From NCBI GenBank assembly GCA_003022435.1, contig PXUA01000019.1, forward strand, positions 283,427 through 315,426: a stretch of 32,000 nt of DNA. The letters are read 5' to 3'. Within the stretch, counting starts at the first letter, position 1; each line of letters starts with the position of its first letter. Source of the DNA: Bacteroidetes bacterium SW_9_63_38 (lineage in GTDB: Bacteria; Bacteroidota; Rhodothermia; Rhodothermales; Salinibacteraceae). This document shows, piece by piece, positions 16,075 through 23,477 of this stretch. The translations under genes and the position numbers were made by a program. The notes under the pieces are model-generated. The model saw nothing but the letters and a program-made list of their open reading frames with translations. It was not told where the DNA came from and made no database searches.

Positions 16075-16092
16075 TATTTAGAGAGAGTCTAA
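16075..16092. promoter_or_regulatory. candidate operator, copy 1 of TATTTAGA-N4-GTCTAA
   Basis: TATTTAGAgagaGTCTAA contains the inverted repeat TTAGA-N5-TCTAA. It lies in the divergent 266-bp spacer between 15985 and 16252. Confidence 0.35.
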
Positions 16093-16203
16093 GTCCGATT
16101 GTGGCGGGCAATCAATGCCTGTATCGTCGAAAAGCCCCCCGTATTTCCCCCGATCTCGCCGGAAATTTCACGAAGACGAGTTGCGAATCACCGGGGTGCC
16201 AGC

Positions 16204-16221
16204 TATTTAGATTACGTCTAA
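16204..16221. promoter_or_regulatory. candidate operator, copy 2 of TATTTAGA-N4-GTCTAA
   Basis: TATTTAGAttacGTCTAA, in the same orientation, 129 bp from copy 1 and about 30 bp upstream of the 16252 start. Confidence 0.35.
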
Positions 16222-16251
16222 ACAACCCCCTAATGGCGATTCGACTGTCTT

Positions 16252-16533
16252 ATGCACCTGGAGGAGTTCAAGAAAGAAGCCCCGACCGACTTTTCCGTCT
16301 GTGATCGTCCGGGGCAGGACTGCTACAAGTACTGTTTGCAGGGAAAGGGATGTACGCTGGGGGTTCTCTTCGAAACGTCCACCTGCGTGTGCTTTGAGTG
16401 GCTGCGCGAAAACGGGCAGATGGTCGAGTATCGTCCGGAGATTCGGTATAAGGCGTGGTCGAAGCGGAAGGTGGCCCGGCTGGTGGCCGACGGCTGGTGG
16501 GAGCCAACCGATGCCGACGGCGTTGCCGCGTAG
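16252..16533 (+). CDS. hypothetical Cys-rich small protein (93 aa)
   Basis: ATG-initiated ORF with GC-rich third codon positions and no recognisable domain. It is the only plausible ORF in this interval. Confidence 0.4.
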   Translation: MHLEEFKKEAPTDFSVCDRPGQDCYKYCLQGKGCTLGVLFETSTCVCFEWLRENGQMVEYRPEIRYKAWSKRKVARLVADGWWEPTDADGVAA

Positions 16534-16580
16534 GAGAAGCGCGGCGCGCCGATGTTCAGGACCTCACTTCTACTGATATT

Positions 16581-16615
16581 GATAATGCCCGAACTGCTGA
16601 TAACGCCCGAACTGC
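16581..16615. repeat. tandem 18-bp direct repeat (2 units)
   Basis: GATAATGCCCGAACTGCt followed by GATAACGCCCGAACTGC (16/17 identical), downstream of the 16252-16533 ORF. Confidence 0.6.
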
Positions 16616-16788
16616 GGGTATATGAGGCGTGGGGGGGGCGAGAATGTCGTCGTTGTCCACTGCCTTGTCAATAGATCAAGGCAGGAGGCGATTGCCATGC
16701 GGAGGAAGAAGTTGACTCGGGGATCGGCTGATTGGACCCCGGAGACCGTCGCGGGGCCGGTTGGTGGTCCATTCAGATCAGATGGGAA

Positions 16789-17313
16789 TCAGGATGAGTC
16801 CTGAGGGCGGGGGTGCAGGTTGGTGTTGAGTAGGACGCCCCAGGTGCCGTTGTATGGGTGCACGGCCCGCACCGGTGTTCCGTCGCGCACAACTGTGCGG
16901 CCTTCGTCTGCCCACCGGAAGATGGAGCCGTTGAGATTGGTGACGTTCGTAAACCCCTGTTTGCGGAGGCGGGCCGTGACGCGGGCCGAGCGGTAGCCTA
17001 CGGAGCAGTACACTACAATTGGCGTGTCCCGAGACAGGGTGTCGACGCCCACAATCGGATCGGCGTCCGGCGAGATGCGCTGTGCGCCCGGGAGGTGACT
17101 CACGGCGTACTCGTCCGGCGAGCGGGCGTCCAGCAACACCGGCCGTGTCGCCGTCGTATCGGCGAGTCGGTGCGCCAGCGAGTCGGTTGTAATGGTGGGT
17201 ACCCCCGGAAACTTCGCTTCGATCATCCGGTCGACGACCCGCCACGTCAGGGTGTCCGAGCAACCGAGCTGGAGGGCGAGGGCACAGAGGGCGGAAACGG
17301 TGAACGCACGCAT
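16789..17313 (-). CDS. rhodanese-domain lipoprotein (sulfurtransferase-like)
   Basis: Signal peptide with a lipobox (MRAFTVSALCALALQLGCSD) and a rhodanese active-site loop region (IVVYCSVGYRSARV). Confidence 0.88.
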   Translation of the reverse strand: MRAFTVSALCALALQLGCSDTLTWRVVDRMIEAKFPGVPTITTDSLAHRLADTTATRPVLLDARSPDEYAVSHLPGAQRISPDADPIVGVDTLSRDTPIVVYCSVGYRSARVTARLRKQGFTNVTNLNGSIFRWADEGRTVVRDGTPVRAVHPYNGTWGVLLNTNLHPRPQDSS

Positions 17314-17331
17314 GGCACTGGAACGCCGTCA

Positions 17332-17625
17332 CTACAAAGAAATGACTCCTTCGATGTTGGACGCCTCCTGGTAGATGGACAGCACTTCTTCGCTCGACGA
17401 CATTTGAAGGTGGGCCGTCACGCTTTTGTAATTGCCCTTGCTGGACTCGCGTACCCGGACGGGGTGATCCCCAAATACTTCCTTCAGCTCCGACAACTGG
17501 CCGGACGGGGCAATAAACTTAAACGTGTAGCGAGTCGGCCATTCGTTCTGGTCGTCGAGGAGCTCTTTGAACCGACTCCACCATTCCTCGTCGTCTTCGG
17601 CTTCGGGCTGATTGATGAACTGCAT
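17332..17625 (-). CDS. DUF493 / YbeD-like protein
   Basis: 97-aa product (YTFKFIAPSG...VTAHLQMSSSEEVLSIYQEA) resembling the YbeD family. ATG at 17625. It ends 18 nt before the rhodanese start, so the two are probably co-transcribed. Confidence 0.75.
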   Translation of the reverse strand: MQFINQPEAEDDEEWWSRFKELLDDQNEWPTRYTFKFIAPSGQLSELKEVFGDHPVRVRESSKGNYKSVTAHLQMSSSEEVLSIYQEASNIEGVISL

Positions 17626-18193
17626 TGAGGGACGGGGCGGATACGAAAAACGTACGGATCCGCGTCGTACGTGCACGGCGCAAGGGTCGTTCGAGCCGGA
17701 CGGTCGATTCGTGGGACGTTGACTCGAGAACAAATGCGACCGACCGTGAGGTCGGGGGAAATCCTACCTGTGAAATGGGTTTTGCTTCGTGAAAAAGCGG
17801 GTCCACGACGGGGTTATGCACTATAGAGGAGGGGGACGCCCGCGAGTTCCGATTCGGGATGCCGTTCCGAAATTTTATGTCCTTCGTGGGAGACGGGCCA
17901 CATAAGCGGTACAGCTACTGGAAAAGAAAGAGCCGTGCCGGCACGACGCCGTCGGGTGGAGCGTTCAATCCCGTCGTGAGCATCGGACCGGCTTCAGCGG
18001 ACACGCTGAACGGACGCCTGCGCTTGTCGGTATGGCCCTGTTGGGACGAGAAAAATCGCATCTGGCCCGATGCAGGGAGAATTTAGGGGAAGCGCTCATC
18101 TACTCCCTCTGCGAGCGGGCGGGACATCTGGGGGCGAGGGGCTGAGCACAGCCGACAGCGAGACAAGTGTCAAAAGCGTATTCACGGACTGGT

Positions 18194-19111
18194 ATGTCCC
18201 TTCCTTCCCAGGTTACCCTGTGTGATGTCGGGCCGCGCGACGGCTTTCAGTTTGAGGAGCAGTTTATTCCGACGGAGGTGAAGGTCGAGATTATCACGGC
18301 CCTTGCCGAGGCGGGACTGCCGCGCATTCAGGTGACATCCTTCGTGCATCCGGAGTGGGTGCCGCAGATGCGAGACGCCGAGGCAGTCTGCGATCAGTTG
18401 CCGGCGCGGGACGACGTGATCTACGCGGGACTGGCCCTAAACCGAAAGGGCCTGGAGCGGGCCGTCGACGCCGGTCTCTCGCAGGTCGACCTTTCGATTG
18501 CCACCCACGACGAGCACAGCCGTGACAACGCCAACGTGACGGTGGAGACGGCGGTGCAGGAGGCAGAAGAGATGATCCGGTACGCTCACAAGCGGGGCGT
18601 CGACGTGCAGATGGGGTTCCAAACCGTGTTTGGATACCGAGCGCCCGGGGATACGCCGCTGCATCAAGTGCGTGAGATGAGCCAGCACTTTGCCGACATG
18701 GGCGTGGAGTCGCTTTCGCTGGCCGACTCGACGGGGCTCGCCAATCCGGAGATGATAAAGACCCGTGTGCGGGCGGTGCAGGACGGATCGGGGGACGTGC
18801 CGCTGGTACTTCACCTGCACGACACGCGCGGGCTGGGGCTCGCGAACGTCTACGCAGCCCTGCAGTGCGGCGTGCGACGATTCGACACATCCCTCGCCGG
18901 GATGGGGGGGTGCCCGTTTATCGAAGGCGCGACGGGCAACATTGCCACAGAGGATACGGTCTACCTGCTTGACGAACTGGACATTGAGACCGGCATCGAC
19001 CGGATGGCCGTGGGGCAGGTGTCAGGGCGGATTGAGTCGTTCCTCGACAAGCAGTTCCCGGGCACGCTACACCGGCTTCAACAGCGACCGTCGGCGTCCG
19101 GCGGCGACTAA
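18194..19111 (+). CDS. hydroxymethylglutaryl-CoA lyase (HMGL-like aldolase)
   Basis: N-terminal CDVGPRDGFQ motif and the TIM-barrel metal-site segment LHLHDTRGLGLANVYAAL. The ATG at 18194 is preferred over the GTG at 18167. Confidence 0.9.
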   Translation: MSLPSQVTLCDVGPRDGFQFEEQFIPTEVKVEIITALAEAGLPRIQVTSFVHPEWVPQMRDAEAVCDQLPARDDVIYAGLALNRKGLERAVDAGLSQVDLSIATHDEHSRDNANVTVETAVQEAEEMIRYAHKRGVDVQMGFQTVFGYRAPGDTPLHQVREMSQHFADMGVESLSLADSTGLANPEMIKTRVRAVQDGSGDVPLVLHLHDTRGLGLANVYAALQCGVRRFDTSLAGMGGCPFIEGATGNIATEDTVYLLDELDIETGIDRMAVGQVSGRIESFLDKQFPGTLHRLQQRPSASGGD

Positions 19112-19151
19112 CTGCAACGTTGGGAGAGACGCGCCGCGTTTGCTCCGAGAA

Positions 19152-19991
19152 CTATCGGGCTTCCACGTCGGAGTTGAGGGTATCGGCCGGGATGCGTTGG
19201 CCGTCGCGGCTGAAGGGGGCTTCCGTGGCGATGGCTTCCTGCACGCCGTGCCCGCTCGGGATCCAGCGGATGAGTTCCAGCCGTCCGTCGAGGTGCTCCA
19301 CGAGCGCCGTGCAGCTTTCGACCCAGTCGCCGGTATTGACGTAGTGAGTGCCCTCGAAGGTCCGGAGGCGCGGGTGGTGAACGTGGCCGCAGATGACGCC
19401 GTCGTACTCTTCCTCGGCGGCTTCCAGGGCTGCCGTCTCCTCAAAGTCCTCGATGTAGCTGAGCGCCTGTTGGGTCGAGTGTTTCAGGTAGCTGGAGAGC
19501 GACCAGTACGGGAGATCGAATTGCCGACGGATGTGGTTGAAGAGGCGGTCGATCTTCAGAACGCCGACGTAGGCCCAGCCGCCCAGAAATTCGAGCCACT
19601 TCGCGTGCCGGACGACGCCCTCAAACTCGTCGCCGTGGACAGTGATAAATCGGCGTCCGTCGGCGGTGGTATGAACGGCCTTCTCCTGGATGGTGATGCC
19701 GCCGAGTTGCAGGCCGGGATAGTCGCGGGCGACCTCGTCGTGGTTGCCGGGCACGTACGTGACCGTCGTGCTTTTGGCCTTTTCGAGGAGGGCCTGGATG
19801 ACGTCGTTGTGGGAGGACGGCCAGTACCAGGAGCGCTGCAGCGCCCAGCCGTCGAAGATGTCGCCGACAAGGTAGTAGCGGTCGGCCTCGTGGTGGCGAA
19901 GAAAGTCGAGGAGAAACTTTGCCTTCGCCTGAGGGGTCCCTAAATGGATATCCGAGATCCAGATTGTTCGGTAGTGGGTGGTCGGCTCCAT
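19152..19991 (-). CDS. LpxH-family metallophosphoesterase, PlcP-like (this family is often auto-annotated as UDP-2,3-diacylglucosamine diphosphatase)
   Basis: Calcineurin-like phosphoesterase motifs: ISDIHLG, VGDIFDGW, PGNHDE, VHGDEFE and CGHVHHP, plus the family-specific WALQRSWYWPSSHND and NTGDWVESCTALVEH. ATG at 19991 (MEPTTHYRTIWISD). Confidence 0.85.
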   Translation of the reverse strand: MEPTTHYRTIWISDIHLGTPQAKAKFLLDFLRHHEADRYYLVGDIFDGWALQRSWYWPSSHNDVIQALLEKAKSTTVTYVPGNHDEVARDYPGLQLGGITIQEKAVHTTADGRRFITVHGDEFEGVVRHAKWLEFLGGWAYVGVLKIDRLFNHIRRQFDLPYWSLSSYLKHSTQQALSYIEDFEETAALEAAEEEYDGVICGHVHHPRLRTFEGTHYVNTGDWVESCTALVEHLDGRLELIRWIPSGHGVQEAIATEAPFSRDGQRIPADTLNSDVEAR

Positions 19992-20218
19992 GTGGCGGAG
20001 AAAAGCTGTGTCGGCAGCAGTGCAGGGCGAAGCCGTCCAGCGAGGACGGAAGAAACTAGCAGTGGTCGAAAAGACGTACCGTGCCTTCTGTCCCTCCTTT
20101 CCACTGAATCCGGGGATTGACGATAGCTTCACGGAGGCCCCACGGCGTCTGCGAATGCTCGACACTGGGCTCGGCCGGGGACCGTCGCGGGGACCGTCGG
20201 TGTGGGAAAGGAGAGCGG

Positions 20219-20346
20219 CTAGTGCAGCTTCAACTGGTCCGTTGTGCAATCGAGCTTTGGACGGACCTCGTCCGTCCATACCTCAAGCTGGAGCGTGGAG
20301 CAATAGCAAACTGCTCTCCCCAAAAGATCGTTTGAAGCTGCACTAG
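20219..20346 (+). repeat. MITE-like inverted-repeat element, copy B (with nested hairpin module)
   Basis: Perfect 15-bp terminal inverted repeats: CTAGTGCAGCTTCAA (20219-20233) and TTGAAGCTGCACTAG (20332-20346). Relative to copy A it has 23 extra nt (20255-20277), which form TGGACGGAC-ctc-GTCCGTCCA (20258-20278). The right end overlaps the TAG stop (20343-20345, - strand) of the upstream metallophosphoesterase gene. Confidence 0.8.
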
Positions 20347-21173
20347 GCGGGGGCTACGTCGGGAGACGGAACGGAGGAGGCGTCCGGCTGGGTGCCGTCG
20401 CCGGTTGATTGATGTGCGCGCGGGGTAGGCTGGAGGTGGGGGGCAGGCGTTCCGCGTCGAAGCGTGAGACGCCCGTCCGGATGTTCGACGAGGGCTGTGC
20501 AGTTTTCCACCCAGTCGCCTGTGTTGGCGTAGGTGACGTTCCGGATGGGGCGGAGCTCCGGCACGTGAATGTGCCCGCAGACGATGCCGTCCACCTGTTC
20601 GCGGTGGGCCCGGTCGACGACCGCCTGCTCGAAGTCGGCGATGTACTGAACGGCGCGCTTCGTGGTTGTTTTGGCCGCGGCGGCGAGTGACCAGTGGGGC
20701 TTGTCCAGCCAGCGCCGGACGCGGTTGAGGGGACGGTTCAGGGCCAGGAGGCTGCGGTAGGCCCATCCCCCGACCTTGGACAGCCAGCGGGCATTGCGGA
20801 CGACGCCGTCGAACGCGTCGCCGTGCAGCACAAGGAGGCGACGTCCATCGGTGGTGGTGTGGACGGCCTGCTCCTGGATGGTGATGTCCCCGAGCTCCAG
20901 GCCGGGAAACTGGCGGGCAGCTTCGTCGTGGTTCCCGGGAATATAGGTGATCTCGGCGTCCTGCGCCCGGTCGAGCAAGGCCTGCAGCACCTCGTTGTGC
21001 GAGGAGGGCCAGTACCAGGAGCGCTGCAGGGCCCACCCGTCGACGATGTCGCCGACGAGGTAGTAGTGATCGGCCTCGTGGCGGTCGAGAAAGTGCAGAA
21101 GCCCCTCCACCTTCGCGGCGCGGGTGCCGAGGTGAAGGTCGGAGATCCAGATCGTCCGGTATTGGTCGGGCAC
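20343..21173 (-). CDS. LpxH-family metallophosphoesterase, PlcP-like, tandem paralogue
   Basis: Same motif set as 19152-19991 (ISDLHLG, VGDIVDGW, PGNHDE, LHGDAFD, CGHIHVP, NTGDWVENCTALVEH). By eye the two are roughly 60% identical. This copy has a Pro/Thr/Ser-rich C-terminal tail. Confidence 0.85.
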   Translation of the reverse strand: MPDQYRTIWISDLHLGTRAAKVEGLLHFLDRHEADHYYLVGDIVDGWALQRSWYWPSSHNEVLQALLDRAQDAEITYIPGNHDEAARQFPGLELGDITIQEQAVHTTTDGRRLLVLHGDAFDGVVRNARWLSKVGGWAYRSLLALNRPLNRVRRWLDKPHWSLAAAAKTTTKRAVQYIADFEQAVVDRAHREQVDGIVCGHIHVPELRPIRNVTYANTGDWVENCTALVEHPDGRLTLRRGTPAPHLQPTPRAHQSTGDGTQPDASSVPSPDVAPA

Positions 21174-21235
21174 GGGAGCGCGAGGAGCGACGCGGAAGAC
21201 AACGAGAAGCCATCTAACAGGGTATGGAGGCCGCG

Positions 21236-21997
21236 TTACGCCGGAATAAAGTCAGAACGATCAAATCGTTTTGATTCGGGCGGTGCGGCGGCGTCCAGGG
21301 GGTCGAGGGCCGCCGACGGCAGCGGGCCGGACCGGTGGAGCGTGGCTCGGTAGGCATAGCGTCGGGCAACGGGGGTGACCGTCGAGCTCAGATGGTCGCA
21401 ATCGTCCAGGGCACGGAGCGCCGCGACGAGTCCGGGACGCGGATACACGTCGAACAGGGCCAGCCATCGCTGCAGCCCGCCCGCCAGCCAGTCGGGAAGG
21501 GCAGCCTGGTCCCAAAAGTCGACAATGTACAGGCGGCCGTCCGGGGCAAGGTGGCGAAGGGCCGCCCGAAGCGCGACGGGCCAGTCCGGAATCATCGAGA
21601 GCACGTACGAGAAGAAGATGAGGTCGAACGGGCCGTCAGTGCGGAGTTGCTCGCTCGGGGAGAGGTGTTGCGCCACCCCGTGGCCGAGGGTGATCCGCTC
21701 GGTGCAGCCGGTACGATCCAGCTTCGCTCGGGCTGTGGCGAGCATTGAGAGGGAGGCGTCCAGGCCGTACAGGGTGTGCTGGGGCGCACGTTGGTCTAAG
21801 AGGCGTAAGTTACGGGCGGTTCCGCAGCCGATTTCCAGGACAGAGCCGGCGGGCTGCTCGGCAATGTCGTTCAGCATCGGGTCGCGGCCCAGCAGATAGT
21901 ACCGGCGCGTGGCGTCGTAGACGTGACGGGTCCACCGGTACATGTTGCTCATTTTCTGGACCGGATCGCGCGGGGGGGAGGAGGCAGACCGAGACAT
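21236..21997 (-). CDS. btaB: class I SAM-dependent methyltransferase, BtaB-like (start uncertain: 21997 or 21952)
   Basis: SAM-binding motif VLEIGCGTARNL and post-I acidic residue (YGLDAS). It lies directly downstream of a DUF3419/BtaA-like gene, which is the arrangement of the DGTS synthesis pair. Confidence 0.7.
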   Translation of the reverse strand: MSRSASSPPRDPVQKMSNMYRWTRHVYDATRRYYLLGRDPMLNDIAEQPAGSVLEIGCGTARNLRLLDQRAPQHTLYGLDASLSMLATARAKLDRTGCTERITLGHGVAQHLSPSEQLRTDGPFDLIFFSYVLSMIPDWPVALRAALRHLAPDGRLYIVDFWDQAALPDWLAGGLQRWLALFDVYPRPGLVAALRALDDCDHLSSTVTPVARRYAYRATLHRSGPLPSAALDPLDAAAPPESKRFDRSDFIPA

Positions 21998-22086
21998 AGG
22001 GGGAGGCAGAACGGTTGGAGGGCAGCAGGCGACACGGATCGGGCCTATATTCCCGCACTCGAGCGGTGGGGGTCACTTTTGGCCCT

Positions 22087-23319
22087 TCATCCCGCAAGCA
22101 CGTAGAGGTGAAACATGCCGTAGATTGCCGAGCGGTCGCGGGCGTGGAGGGCTTCGGAGCGTTCGCGCTCGTACGTAAACCGGTTCCGAAGAGCATCGGG
22201 CAGGGCCGGTTCGACGACCGAGTGGGGACCGGCGGTGCGGAAAATGATGCGCGTGCCGGGCTCGCCGACGCGCGCGAGCTCGTGCCAGAGGGCGGCAATG
22301 GACTCCGGGTCCATCCAGTCCATTGCATCGAGCAGAACGACGCTGTCAATGCTGCTGTCGGGCTGCTCGGTGAGGACGTCGGTGAGGGCGGCGATGCGGG
22401 TCTCGATGCGGTCGAGGTGGTAGCGGAGTTGCGAGTAATGGGCCTGTTTTAGGTACGGGGGCAGGGCCTGCCGGTGCTCGGTGTCGTACCGGCGCCCGAA
22501 GGCCTGCCAAGCGAAGTAGTTGTCGTGCAGCGGAAAGTCGCAGACAAGGCGTTCGAGCCGGTCGCGGTAGAGGTCGACGATGGAGGTGTCGGCGGCGGCC
22601 GACAGGCTCTGATATTGGCTCAGCGGAATCCCGAAGCTGTAGAGCGTGGCGGGCTGCCGCGCGATGCGACGGACGACGGGATGGTCGAAGAACGGGGCCA
22701 CGCATTCGTCGAAAAACTGCTTCTGCTCCGCGCGGGAGGTGGCGTTGAGAAGCTCTTCCGGGCGTCGGCCCTGTACGAGTCGGGACATCAGGCGTGCAAA
22801 CCCTTGAAAGCGAGCGAGGACGCCGTGCTCGTAGAATCCGTCGTCGAAGGCGTGGATGCGCGGACGACGCAGGCCGCCCCAAGGACGGTCGTCCCAGAAC
22901 TGACGGGCGGTGGCGTCGAGGTGGGGACGCACGTGTCGGCGGTAGGCATCGACGTTTTCCGGCCCGGCCCCCACCCCGAAGAATTGAAAGAATTGATCGT
23001 GGGAGGGGAGGTGTCGAAGCGCCTCGATCTTGAGACGCGTGAGCGCCATGTGGGCGGTGTTCAGGTCCACGGCCAGGATGCGCTCCGGTGCGTGCGTGAG
23101 ATAATTGAGCACGTTGCAGCCGGCCGACGAGATGGTGAGGAGGCGGCTGGTGTCGTCGAGCTGCAGGGCCTCGGCGTCAACGCGCGGATCCTCCCAGATT
23201 TGGGTGTAGACGAGTCCTTGAAACCAGAGCGTGAAGAGGCGTTCGAGCGCGCCGCTCTGGCTAAGGGGCTTGTTCTTGTGAACGGCGCGCTTGAGACGAG
23301 CCACCGTGGAGTCCGACAT
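22087..23319 (-). CDS. btaA: DUF3419 / BtaA-like S-adenosylmethionine:diacylglycerol 3-amino-3-carboxypropyl transferase
   Basis: Signature YTQIWEDPRVDAEAL...LTISSAGCNVLNYL...ILAVDLNTAHMALTRLKIEA...FFQFFG, which is typical of the DUF3419/BtaA family. About 410 aa, as expected for that family. Confidence 0.78.
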   Translation of the reverse strand: MSDSTVARLKRAVHKNKPLSQSGALERLFTLWFQGLVYTQIWEDPRVDAEALQLDDTSRLLTISSAGCNVLNYLTHAPERILAVDLNTAHMALTRLKIEALRHLPSHDQFFQFFGVGAGPENVDAYRRHVRPHLDATARQFWDDRPWGGLRRPRIHAFDDGFYEHGVLARFQGFARLMSRLVQGRRPEELLNATSRAEQKQFFDECVAPFFDHPVVRRIARQPATLYSFGIPLSQYQSLSAAADTSIVDLYRDRLERLVCDFPLHDNYFAWQAFGRRYDTEHRQALPPYLKQAHYSQLRYHLDRIETRIAALTDVLTEQPDSSIDSVVLLDAMDWMDPESIAALWHELARVGEPGTRIIFRTAGPHSVVEPALPDALRNRFTYERERSEALHARDRSAIYGMFHLYVLAG

Positions 23320-23477
23320 GAGAAGCCTCTGGGCCTACGTGAGAGAGCATGGACATCGTGTGCTTTCAACGTAGTGACGCGGGGTTATCTGGCCATTACG
23401 CCCGGATTATCGCTGAGTGACGGTTGGAAGGGGGGATTTGAAAAAGGGAAGGTTTGAACGTGGAAGGAGAAGGGAAA

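Noticed and set aside
17830-18000. tmRNA- or tRNA-like fragments: GGGGACGCCCGCGAGTTCCGATTCGGG, and a T-loop-like GCGTTCAATCC flanked by CACGACG and CGTCGTG.
   Set aside because: No acceptor stem, CCA-proximal pairing, anticodon arm or tag-peptide reading frame could be built by hand. The resemblance is limited to a few bases. tRNAscan/ARAGORN should still be run for completeness.
23320-23477. Search for a Pho box upstream of the btaA-like gene. On the - strand I noticed CGTCACT twice about 45 nt apart, and TTCAAA twice 16 nt apart.
   Set aside because: The spacing does not fit the 11-bp register of PhoB-type direct repeats, and the consensus for this lineage is unknown to me. This is not enough to call a site. 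It remains a prediction that needs expression data.
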